Origin: Mobula hypostoma
Taxonomy: Eukaryota
NCBI RefSeq assembly: GCF_963921235.1
Contig: NC_086097.1
Coordinates: forward strand, 166,906,001-166,970,000
Length of the DNA stretch: 64,000 nucleotides
Direction of reading: 5' to 3'
Shown: positions 13,339 to 24,769 of the stretch, piece by piece
Layout of the letters: every line of letters begins with the position of its first letter
How positions within the stretch are numbered: position 1 is the first letter of the stretch
Notes under the pieces: generated by a model
What the model was told of the DNA's origin: nothing
What the model saw: the letters and a program-made list of their open reading frames with translations, nothing else
The model's database searches: none
Made by a program: the position numbers and the translations under genes

Positions 13339-14489
13339 TACCTCTTCCCAGAGACGCTGCCTTGGCCTGCTGTGTTCACCAGCAACTTTTATTGTGTTGC
13401 TTGAAATTCCAGCATCTGCAGATTTCCTCATGTTTGCGTAGAAAAATCAGTAATATATTTCTGTTTATATGCTCATTATTTTATATTTCCATAAGAAAAC
13501 ATTTGCAGAGATTCTATTTCTTAACTTACCGAAGAACCTAAGAAATAAAAGATATCCTGAGCTAGTTCCATCTTTCAATGTTTATGTTGACCTTGTGCCC
13601 AACATCTATTTTGCTCGCCAATTACAATATGCCTTAGCGTCCAAAAACATCTATCAGTCTCTACCTTGGATACATTCAATGACTGAGTATCCACAGCCTG
13701 AGGCTTAGAATTCTAAAGACTACAATACTTTACATAGAGAAACATCTCCCCACATCATTCCTCAGTGGACAATATTAATCCTAAAACCATGCATCTTAGT
13801 CTCCAGCTCTTGAACCTGAGGGGAGAGAGATTTATTCTGGGAAGAGATTTAATCCGGTGAGAGATTTATTCTGGGGTGTTGAAGAAACATCTCTCTTCCT
13901 TGTTCAATGCTTCAGCCAAGGATTGATTCAGTGAAGTTGCACTGCATTGGTTCAAAAGTAAGTATATCCTTCTTTAGGAATAAAATAAATGTCAAATTAT
14001 CTATCAAATCCTTGCACAAGCATAGAAAGGTTCCCTTACATTTGAATCCCAGCCAACTTGCAATAAAGGGCAACTCACCATTTGCTTCCTGAACTGATTT
14101 CCATTTTTGTAAATATATCTTCTGCATCTCGTGAACCAGCATACAGGTTTCCCTGCATACTATTATTTACTAGCTCTCACCATTTAGGTTGTACTCTCTC
14201 GTTCCATTACCACTAGGTTTTATAACACGGGGCTATCCATCATTTTAAAGGTAATCAATATACAAATTGATGAGATGAAAAAAAGGCTAGAAAAATGCTG
14301 GAGATACCTCTAAATATCACTAAAGCAAAGAAGTGCATTGAGTTTGTACTCAGTGTTCAGAATGGTATGCCTTTGTTTTGAATAATCTGTGCCCATTCCA
14401 ATACCAAGTCATGAAAAACATCTAATAAGCAAAACACTGTAGCTTCAGGAGCTGCATTATGGCACCTGGAGAATGCCATTACTGAAAAG

Positions 14490-14660
14490 CTCCAGTGACC
14501 TAGGCTTGATCCTGACCTCAGGTGTTCTCCCTGTGTGGAGTCTGCATGTCGTTCTCGTGACCACATCGGTTTTCGGGAGTGTCCCTTTTCCTCCAAAATC
14601 CCACAGGCATGCAGGCCAGTAGGTTAATTGGCCGCTGCACCTTTCCCCAATGCATGTGAG
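14490..14660 (+). mobile_element. tRNA-derived SINE (V-SINE-like)
   Basis: Core tgtgtggagtctgcatgt...ttcctccaaaatccc...gtaggttaattggcc. Related copies at ~7480-7690 (-) and ~48690-49010 (+). Confidence 0.65.
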
Positions 14661-15833
14661 TAGTAGAAGAACTAGGATGAAGACCTTGCTTCCGTGCCGA
14701 ATAAATCAATTACTCTAAAAAAATGTTGATATATGGTCACCATAATAATGTGTGGTTCCAGCTGCTAGTTTGAGTATAGCAAGATACCACAAAAAGGAAC
14801 AACACCTTCTATCACACCAGGGCAGTCTCCAACCTGGTGCCATGAAGAGAAAATTCTCAAACTTCCTGCAACTATTTCCCCTGTTTTGTTTCCCCTATAT
14901 TTTTTATCTCCTCTGGATCCAACTGCCCTATCACCCTAATCTCCACCCCACCTACCCTCTCCACCTGCACATTACCTACATATTTCACCAACCTCCTTTC
15001 CTTTGCTCCTTGTCCCTACCAGATTCCATCATCTTCCGCTCTTTCTCACTTCTACCTGTCACCTCCCAAATTCTGCTCTCATCTGCCTATCACCACACCC
15101 CTCCCCTTTCACCTGGACACAACTATCACTTTCCATCTCTTGCTCCAACCATTCCCACCAGCATTTCCTCTGTCCATTTCCCTCTACAGATGCAACCGGA
15201 CTTGCTAAGTTCTTCCAACACTCTTACATTGGGTATTTGTTTCCACAGTAACTGGATAATTTGATTTAGTTATGTTGGTTGGAAGTTAACCAACAGCATA
15301 GCAAGAATTGTTCAGCATGTGACAACGCAATTGGGTGTGATCACTGGGGTGACTCATTTAAGACAGAAGTGAGAAGAAATTGCAGCACTCTCTCTGCTAC
15401 ATTTGGCAAGACAGCGTTATTGATGTGCTCACTATTGGGATAGGGTATTTGAACTCCCAGCTGACGGAACAATGTGACTGACATCTGATCATACCAGCAG
15501 CTGTAAATACTTCTGCTTCTGAAATTCAAACTAAGTGGAAAAAAAATGTTTAAAACAATGACATTCAGCAGGACCACAAATCACAAAATTATGCACTCAG
15601 AGAACATTAATTGCAGCATGCGGAATAGTCACATTTCAATCAAATGGCAGGATTCAATTGGAAGAGTCTTCTTGTCACTTTTGCCTCATAACTACATTTT
15701 TGAGTTAACTGTATATATTATATATCATATGTATATTTGTGGTAAAATATTTCCCTTTTTTCTCAAATAATCTGTGCCTATTGCATTACTAAACCATCAC
15801 CAAACCAGGAAAAAAAACACCTAGAAAGATATA

Positions 15834-16657
15834 CAGTGGATTCTGGTAAATTGGAACACACTGGGACTAATGTATTTTGGCCCAATTCAGTGGTTGTCCC
15901 AGTTAGTTGAAGTTTCATCGAAACAGTTTTAAAAAAGTATAAAAAAGACAAATTACCAATTAACTGAGTAACAAATTATGTATTAAATTAAATACAGACT
16001 AAATTAGAACACTAGCAAAACTACTACAGTACTATAAAACTGTATAATAGTTCCTAATAGTTATCAAGGGTGGCATTTATTCAGTGTACACTGATGTGTT
16101 CTTTAAATTGACTGTAAATGAACAAAATCAGTGCAGACAGTGGGCTGCCTTCAAATAGTTCTTTTGATGATTACATTCACCAAATCTTCATTTCAATTTT
16201 AACGTTCAAGATGATTGTTGATATTTTCAAATGCTTCGCAGTTCCTAACTTGTTGGAGTAGTAAAAATGTTTTGTTTTTACTTCTGATCATTTCTGGCAT
16301 CTCTAAGCATGAATGCTTGAAACTGCAGTGAGCAAAACAATTCTGAATTGACTTACTGTTTATTGCTTGCCAACTATCGATGATAAGTATCACTGCTTTT
16401 TGAACACAAACATGCAAGTGACGCCATTTAAAAATTATTCGCTCTAAGCACTGTGTAGTGTCTAATAGCCAAGTGATGTGCACGTGACTACTGCTAGTTA
16501 GAAAATGTTCAACAACAGTCACCCAGCCCAATTAAGAAGCACAGTGTCTCAAATAAATGAAGATAATCGGGTTATTTTCTTTTTTTGTTCTTTAAATGTT
16601 GTCTAACATAAACGGCTGCCCTTATTAACTGATTGCCCAATGAACCGGAATTCACTG
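15834..16657 (-). mobile_element. Tigger/pogo-like DNA transposon, internally deleted
   Basis: TA flanks at 15832-33 and 16658-59. TIRs cagtggattctggtaaattgg / ccaatgaaccggaattcactg. Remnant AVILIIDSWQAINSKSIQNCFAHCSF resembles the pogo transposase C-terminal W...I.NCF...F motif. Confidence 0.85.
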
Positions 16658-17029
16658 TATATAGAAGTACAATTCAATAGATTCAGGGGAAACAATGTGG
16701 CAGTTCACCATAACACAGCTATAATACAACATTTCACAACGTTATGGCTAGTATTGCACATTATTTGGTTACTTTCTTGTAACCTAGAGATGATTATGCT
16801 AAAGCTTCCACTCACCTACACCTTTTAATCTTTCACTATTTGTTTTCCACCATTATTGGTATTGGTAATCTTTCCTACCTCAATTCTCCTTCCTGTTTCT
16901 CAAATTACTTGTTCTTTGTGCATACTGAACACAATAAGTGCACCCTGTTGTCTTCCCTCATTTACTCTTCTGTTCATTTCCCTCACAACTTGTAGAGTTT
17001 TGAAACTCAAGCTTGCTGGGTTTTCAATT

Positions 17030-17592
17030 TTGATTATACCAGTGACGAGAAAGGATGTGGTAACCTGCCACAATGACTACACGTCATAGTACATCTTACA
17101 TCCACTGTGATGAAGTGTTTTGAAAGGTTGGTGATAAAACATGTCAACTCCTGCCTAAGAAACAACTTGGAGTTGCTCCAATTTGCCTACTGGCACAACA
17201 GGTCCACAGTATATGCCAATTCATTGGCTCTTCATTCAATCCTGGACATCTGGACTACAACTATGTCTACATCAGGATACTTTTAATCAACTACAACTTG
17301 TCATTCAATACAACCATTTCCTCAAAACTAATCAATAAGCTTCAAGACATTGGCCTCAATAGCTAGTTGTGTAATTGGATTCTTGATTTCCTCACTTGCA
17401 GACACCAGTCAGTTTGAATTGGCAACATCTCCTTCACAATCTCCATCAGCATAAATGTACCACAAGGCTGTGCGTTTAGCTCTCTTCACACTTTATACTT
17501 ATGACTGTGAGGCAAAGCACAACTCCAATGCCATATTTATGTGTGCTGATTACACCACTCTTGTTAGCTGAATCAAAGCTGGTGACGAATTT
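17030..17592 (+). mobile_element. Rex1/Babar-like RT fragment
   Basis: IIPV..K..VTCHNDY, LTSTVMKCFERLV, LQFAY, PQGC and ADYTT motifs, with frameshifts. Confidence 0.85.
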
Positions 17593-17599
17593 GCAGAAT

Positions 17600-18470
17600 C
17601 TAGATGGCTTTTAAACATTGCTGCCTCAACCTCTATTTCTGGCAGCTCATTCCAAATGCACATCCCCATTTGAATGAAAAAGCTGCATCTGATGTCTCTC
17701 TTAAATTTATGATCTCCTGCACTTAGTGCTCCCTGGGAAAATAGTGCACCCTGCCTATGCCCCTTATGATATTATGTGCCTTCTTGAATCTAAGGTGGGG
17801 GCTTATATGGGAGGCAGGGTTTGAGGGTCGGCACAACATTGTGGGCCGAAGGGCCTGTACTGTGCTGTACTATTCTATGTTCTATGTTTAACTCTATGAG
17901 ATTTGCTAGACATGACTTCCCACCCTGCCTTTCCAAATATTGGTAAATTCTGTCCCTCAGAAGCTTCATTGACAAGCTATCCATCACCAATGTCAGATGC
18001 TCTGATATCTTTCCAATTTTTATAAAACCAGTTCTTATCCTTCTGCGATCGCACTGCTCCACCACTGGTGGCCATACATTCAGATGCCAAGGTCCCAACT
18101 CTGATATTGCCTTTCGGAACCTCTTTAACTCTTTTCCTCTCTTCCGTAAGAAAGAGAGGCAGGAACAGACAACTATCACACTTGCTCTCCTATTCATAGA
18201 CTAGTACAGCATAGGAATAGACTCTTTAACCTACCAAGATGTAAATTAAAACTAACCCCACCATCCTGCCAGTTCACGTGCCTATCTAAATGTATCTCAA
18301 ACGCTGCTTTGCATCTGCTTCCACCACCTCCCCTGCAGCAGGTTTCAGGTATCTACCAATGTGTAAAAATATTGTGTTGTAAATCTTCCTTAAATTTTCC
18401 CCTCCCAACTTAAAGCCGTGCCCTCTTGTATTTGATATTTCCACTCTGGAATAAAGATTCAGACTCTCTA
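17600..18470. mobile_element. Cluster of CR1-like fragments in both orientations
   Basis: Plus-strand 3' end gggccgaagggcctgtactgtgctgtactattctatgttctatg at ~17795-17888; minus-strand GKSCLANLIE RT remnant; minus-strand 3' end at ~18190-18470. Confidence 0.65.
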
Positions 18471-19624
18471 CCTAATATCATTTTATATACTTATTCAATA
18501 TATATTTTACATACTATTCAATAACTCATTATTTATCTTAGCTCTATTATCCTGTACTGAACCCATGTGTCTTGATTATCTTAATATCGAAAACTTCTCA
18601 ATCTCCCTGAATGGAATATGTGCAGCAAGTCAGCATTCACAGCCCTCTTGGGTTAAAACTTCTAAAGATTCATAATCCCATGAGTGATGAAATTTCTCCT
18701 CATGAATGGCCAGCAACTAATCTTATGAGCCTTAGATCTGAGCACTTCAATTGCTGGAAATATCAACACCACACCTACCCTGTTAAGCTTCAAGAACAGA
18801 TGGTATAATTCTAGAATTACCAATATTATCTTTCATTTTAGATTTTTAGTAACTCTTGCATTTTGTGTCTCAAAGTACCAGCATTTTCATTCTTTGGCCT
18901 TTGCTTTCACATCTATCATTTATGTCTGCACTAACTATATTAGCTATTTCCTTGTTTTTTCCTTTACCCCAATGGTCACCCTGGTTCTTGATAAAATGGG
19001 TAAAAGCATAAAACAAAAGAGCATAAGAAAACAGGTCACTCAGCCCTTCAAACCTGTCCCAGCATTCAAAATGATCACTGATCTACACCAGCCCTCAACT
19101 CATTCTCTGACCAAGATACCACAGCCTTTACTTCCTCAATCTTTCAAAACTTCTCAACCTCTACTGTAAATACTTCTCTTGAGCTAGTATCTACAATGTT
19201 TTAGACAGAGAGTTCCAAGGATTGACGAAAGGAGGATTAGGATTTGTCTAACTATCAAATGACAGCAGGTTTGGTTTGAGGAGGAATTAAAATCTGAGTA
19301 AAATTTGGAAGCTTAACTTCACTTGCCTTTGGCAAACAATAAAAACGCTTCATAAGAGTTAACCACGGTGTTTCATTTTATGGAGAGAGCACTGAGCTAA
19401 GACCATTTCAGAGGAAAAAGAAGATAGTGACGTGATAGACACATTGACAGTCATATCTGAAAATATACAAGTCAATGAAACAACTCTTTAATTCAGTAAA
19501 ATTTAATTTACATGCTACAAAATATAAAATATGCATTATTCAATTTTATTTTCTCTTCCAAAACAAACCATGGATTAAAAACCCTTTCATTGTTTAATAC
19601 TAAATGTTGCTTAGGAACAGAAAA

Positions 19625-19870
19625 GCAAAAACTGCAAATGCCGGAAATTTGAGATAAAAATTGAAAATGCTAGAAATACTCAACATATCAGCAGAATTTT
19701 GCAGGAAGAGAACTAGAGCTAATGTTTCAGGTCTGTAACTCCCTCATTCATTCTTATCTATACTATACAGAACTGATGAAGGGCTACTGACCTGAAATTT
19801 AACCCTCTTCCTCTCTCCACACATGTTGCCAGACCTATTGTGTATTTCCAGCACTTTTTGTACTTATTGC
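19625..19870. mobile_element. Old fold-back Penelope-derived short element
   Basis: Left arm aaatgctagaaatactcaaca...aatgtttcaggtc mirrors right arm gacctgaaatttaa...gtgtatttccagcactttt; ctgatgaagg...tgaaa hammerhead relic. Confidence 0.6.
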
Positions 19871-20753
19871 TTAAAAGTAATCCAGAGTTTAAGATTATTT
19901 TCTTCTCTCAGTAAACAGTTGAAGGTTCTGAATTTACACAATACCTAGTTCATTAGTATAGTAGAGAAGAAATCCTCTCACATAGTTTTAAGATAAACTG
20001 ATATTCACATAAAGTCTCGTACATTCACAGCACTGAAAAGTATTAGATGAAGACCTGTAGTGAAAGCAGAGTAAATGGGCACATGAAATGTCAATGAAAA
20101 TGGGGTTGGGGAAAATGGGGTTAGGGTAAGTGGTTCCAACAAAGAAATCTAACCAAATCATTGGTCCTTCAGTCCCTTCCTATTCTATAACAAATTGCTG
20201 TAAGTTAAAGGCTACAATAATATATACTATTGGGCCTTTGAGCTTTCTCTGCATGAAAATGATTACATGCTATTATTGACTTGTTGGTAGTCCAGAGCAT
20301 GGGATTAGAAATCTACATCACAAAAAACACTGACGTTTCCCACCTTATGTTTGAATTTAATTGAGGAGATGTGAAGAGAGATTCTGCGCTAAAATGTGTT
20401 AGAGACACTGTCCTCTCTTCAAAGTAAGTCTGCATTCTGTCAGTGAATCTGAATCTATCTAGTCAATCTAGATGTGTTCTCTTTTTCAATACTGATAGAT
20501 TAATTGCCATAAATTGTAACAAATCTGCAAATTATAATGATCTATTTATTGTATAAATGTAGTATACAAATAAAACAAAATTAATTTGCAACAGATGCTG
20601 AGTTAGGCAGTTGATAATCAGAAAATTCATCATCCTGTGTATATTCCCCTAAAATGGACTGTTCAATAACCTCAAGCAATACACTGTAAAGACACAGGTG
20701 CAATTTTTTAGTTTTCTATTAACGCGATAACAATAGCAATAACAAATACTCAC

Positions 20754-20796
20754 CTTTCAAATCCTAACTGTCTGAAGGTCTTTTCCCAATCCGTAC
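20754..20796 (-). CDS. Internal 43-nt coding exon of an unidentified host gene (phase 1 to phase 2), peptide (x)TDWEKTFRQLGFE(S/R)
   Basis: Minus strand reads ggttgtgttttattttattag|GTACGGATTGGGAAAAGACCTTCAGACAGTTAGGATTTGAAAG|gtgagta. It has a T-rich acceptor and a consensus donor, only one of three frames is open, and it lies in non-repetitive sequence. Confidence 0.75.
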
Positions 20797-21443
20797 CTAA
20801 TAAAATAAAACACAACCTAATTAATTCTGATAGTCATTATGCAGAGGATTCAATAAAATGCAATACAAACCAAAATAAAAATACCAATTTCAAAGCCTTG
20901 TGATTATGTGGCAAATTGCCCTTCTATTCTTCTCATAAATATAAATTCCATAGTACACCTTTGTTAGTTCCCTAATATACTACCAATACAATTGTTCTAA
21001 GTACTCCCTTTTGTTGCTGCAACTACCAAGAAGATTAGTGGGTATATTTAAATTGCTTCAAGATACCTAACAGGCTGTTTGTTTGTGAAGTATTATAGTA
21101 GCTGTGCTTATTCTCTGTGTTTGCTGCATGTCTACTTTTGCCTTCGGCAGCAGTGCAGAATGGTTGACAGCTACATCTTCTGCCTAGCCAATTACATTTT
21201 CTGAAAAGCAATAACACTGCAAATGTTCGAATCTGAACCAAAAACAGTAATGCGGGAAGAACTCAGCCCATCAAGAATCATCTGTAGAAAGAGAAGCCAG
21301 TTAATGCTTCTTCAAAACTCAGTTACATTTATAATCTCATGCATCAGGCAAATGCACCCCAGTTGGTATCATCTAATCAGCAAGGTGTCATCAACTAACT
21401 TTCACTTGGATTTGTTTCATCGGCCTGAGTATTCACATATATT

Positions 21444-23215
21444 CTTTTTCAATATTTTTATTGATTTCTATATAGAAGAATACAGAGTCTAAGAGAATAC
21501 ATACTATAAAACAAAAGAAAAAATATAATAATACCAGATACAGTATATTGAATCACATTAACGAACTCCTTACTCTATATTCAGAGAGATTAGATTAATT
21601 CGCATATTAGAATATAAACAATTTTATTAAAAAAAAGATCTACACCCACTACCAAAGTCGAAGCTGTTTGGGAAAAAAAAGAAAAAAATCCTTATCGGAT
21701 AATAAAATATGCTATTAACCAACTTCTATACTTTAACGAGAAGTCAAAGATTATGAAAATAATTTCAAAATGGCCCCCACAAATTTTGAAAATCTTGGTT
21801 AGGTTCAGAAACTGAACAACGAATCTTTTCTAAATTTAGGTATGCAGTAACATCCCGTAACCACTGAACATGATTAGGTGGAACAGCAACCTTTCATTTA
21901 AACAAAAGCGCTCTTCTAGCCATGAGAGATAAAAGCCAGAATGTGCAGATCAGATGCCTTCAAAGTGATATCTTTCCTTCCAACAATACCAAATAGGGCA
22001 GTCAAAAGATTAGGCTTAAAATTTACTTTAAAGAGTGCAGAAAAATTTGGAATACTTCCTTCCAATATTTTCCAAGACTTGGACATGTCAAAAACATATG
22101 AATAAATGAAGCTTCTCCATTGTTACACCTATCACAGTAGGGAGATATATCCATATAAAAATGAGATAACTTATCCTTGGTCATATAAGCCCTATGAACC
22201 ACTTTAAATTGTAAGAGGGAATAATGAGCACATAACGATGAAATATTAACCAATTTAAAAATTTCATTTCAAGTTTCTTCAGAAATTGAAATCTGTAAAT
22301 CCTGTTCCTAAAGATTTTTGATTTTGTCTAAAGAATCATTTCTTATTCCCAACAACATTTCAGAAATATTGGATATTGAACCATTATAAAATGATTTCAT
22401 ATTAAGAATTTCATCTAATACGTTCTTATCAGGTCTATTAGGAAATGTATATAATTGAGATCGCAGAAAATCTCTAATTTGTAAGTACCGAAAAAATGGG
22501 TTTTTGGTAAACTATATTTAGTTGACAATTGTTCAAACGAAGAAAGACTTCCTCCAACAAACAGATCCCGGAAACATATAATGCCCATCCTTCCCATTGT
22601 TTAAAAAAACTACATCAGTCATAAAAGGCTTAAAAAGATCATTTTAAAAAAGTGGGACTAGAAAGGGAGAATCTCAATAAACAAAAGTGTTTTCTAAATT
22701 ATATCCAAATCCTCAAAGTATGTTTGACTACCACATTTTCAGTTATCTTACTTAAGGATAAAGGAATTTACTTTATTAAATTATATAAAAAGAACATTAT
22801 CAAATTGGTCGTCCCTTTCGTTATCATTGATTGGTCGAATTAATTCTATTAAAATGAATGTTTTACCTAAATTTACATACCTCTTTCAGGCTTTACCCGT
22901 TTTTATCCCTAAATCCTTTTTTGACTCTCTGGACTCTATTTTATCCTCCTATATATGGAAAAATAAACGTCCTCAATTGAATAAAGTCCATCTCCAGAAA
23001 GTTAAAAAGAATGGAGGTTTAGCTTTACCAAATTTTAGGTTTTATTACTGGGCAGCTAATATACAGAATCTCACATTTTGGTTATACTATAATAACCATG
23101 AGGACTATCCCGGGTGGGTTTCTTTAGAAGCTAACTCGGCTAATAAATTTTCTATCATCCCTCTTTTGGGATCTCCACTTCCTTTATCCTTAAGTAAGAT
23201 AACTGAAAATGTGGT
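21444..23215 (-). mobile_element. L1-clade LINE, 5'-truncated, with inverted 5' segment (22767-23218 on +)
   Basis: Minus-strand ORF2 C-terminus (QFKVVHR, CDRC...HMFLTC). Plus-strand segment IGRINSIKMNVLPKF...GGLALPNFRFYYWA. 16-bp TSD agtattcacatatatt at 21428-21443 and 23216-23231. Confidence 0.93.
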
Positions 23216-24195
23216 AGTATTCACATATATTAAAATGCTTAATTTCAAATTTGCCAGTTTTATTTTGCCCTCAAGCTTAAACATTTTCTTGAATACTTGG
23301 ATGTCAAGGACAGCTATATCCAGTTTTTGCAAAGCACCATTTTTTTTTGTACAAGATTTCAAAAACAATGTTGGCATTTACATCTTCACTTTTGATGAAA
23401 GCACGCTGACATTTGGAAATTTGAATAGAAATTCTTGTTTAATTATGATTTTGAATTTCCTGCATTGTAGCAGTGGCTTCACTTCTTGGCACTAAAATGC
23501 TCTGGAACTTTTTGAAAGGCATTAAAGGGATGCTACATATTTGCAAATCTTTCTTTGAAACATGCTCTCTGCAGCATTTTTCTACACTACTCTAACTGTA
23601 GTCCATTTCTACATAATCAGAACAACAATAGGTTGAGTACAAAACTAGAGCCACTGAGTGTAAAAATAACACCTTTGCTCACTTTGTTCGCATCGACCAT
23701 CAATAAACCTTCTTAGATTAATTCCAATTAACACTTGGCCCAAAACCTACAATGTCTTGACTATTCAAGTGCTGATCTGGGTGCTTCTTAAATGTAACTG
23801 TTGCTACCACGTTCTCACTGTCACAACCACGGATTTGGCAGCGCAGTAGATAAGGCAATTGAGCTTGTGAATTTGCACGTGTCAGGTAATTATTATTTAA
23901 TAGTGATAGTATTTAACTCCATTCTTGTCGTCGTAGTGCTTGTCGAGATTTGGACAGAGCATAGCAACGCTTCACTGCTGTTTTGTATTTGGCGTTCCCT
24001 GAGATGTTGGACTTTCAAATCAACTGACGCTGAAGACTAGCGGTATTCGTTTAATGTTTAGATGTTCTTTTCAGCCCCAGTGCAGGCTTCGTTTTCCTTT
24101 GAGAGTTTTAGTTAATGACCCTGTTTTGGCCTAGCGTTTATTGTTTTATTTTCCCTTTAACAGGTCAATAGTTCCCAGACTTTAATATGAACAGT

Positions 24196-24730
24196 TTCTC
24201 TGCTCTCCTTTTTCTTCTTTCTAGGATGTGCATCTTGATCTAGGGAAGGCAAATTTAAATCATTGGAGTATTCTCTATTTAATCGTTCTATTGCTCCCTT
24301 TACAATCTGATCTCTCCTCTTAGTTTCCCGATCCGCAACATCACCTGACAAATCCTCTGTTTTCACATCTCCAATGATAACTCTCTTTTTAACTTTGTAT
24401 TCATCCAGCCTTTGCATCTACTTTTACAAGCAGCTTTTTGTCTCTTATTCATGCAATAACCTGAATAGATTCTGGTCCATTATTCTCACAAAAGCCAAAC
24501 GCATGCAGCTTTTCTGAAGCTCCTTGAACTCTCTTCCAGTTTAAAACCAACCCACATTTCACAGGTAACTGCCTTATTAACATATCATAAGCTTTCTCAG
24601 ATACTTTGCCTACAAAATTTGTTCTAGTCTGACCACTGCTTTCATCTCTGTCATGATTCCTCTGAGCAGCATGGTTCTTCCTCGGTCCCATATGCTTTCT
24701 AACCAGAGGCAGAGGGGCTGGCACCAACAC
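24196..24730 (-). pseudogene. RBM25: Processed pseudogene (retrocopy) of RBM25, RRM domain and following region, with frameshifting deletions
   Basis: Translations VGKVSEKAYDMLIRQLPVKCGLVLNWKRVQGASEKLHAFGFCE, KKLLVKVDAK and ETKRRDQIVKGAIERLNREYS...HPRKKKKE match the vertebrate RBM25 sequence I recall (VGNISEKASDMLIRQLLAKCGLVLSWKRVQGASGKLQAFGFCE...ETKRRDQMIKGAIE...HPRKKKKE). The segment is continuous with no introns. Confidence 0.92.
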
Positions 24731-24769
24731 CTGTTTACCCTCTGTTGGGCAATGGTCCTTTCTCCTTTT

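Larger units (their letters stand above)
13049..13442. mobile_element. Fold-back Penelope-like insertion (inverted duplication of the 3' end)
   Basis: Arms at ~13047-13219 and 13226-13398 are near-perfect reverse complements with a 6-nt loop. TSD aaaatcagtaa at 13038-13048 and 13443-13453. Confidence 0.93.

Noticed and set aside
13822..13875. Three ~17-nt gagatttattctggg-like copies, and a short aagcgtcaata duplication near 50148-50170
   Set aside because: Small local slippage duplications with no further structure.
14490..14660. tRNA genes at SINE heads
   Set aside because: Only degenerate B-box-like motifs with no cloverleaf; they are SINE-derived.
15300..15700. Possible enhancer or conserved non-coding element (tgactca motif); similar unique stretches near 21040-21200 and 39050-39450
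   Set aside because: Single short motifs occur by chance; cross-species alignment is needed.
22827..23495. Longest plus-strand ORF (222 aa) as a gene
   Set aside because: It is the inverted L1 ORF2 fragment reading through the TSD into flanking DNA.
24157..24730. RBM25 as the functional host gene
   Set aside because: No introns, frameshifting deletions and stops, and only part of the protein.
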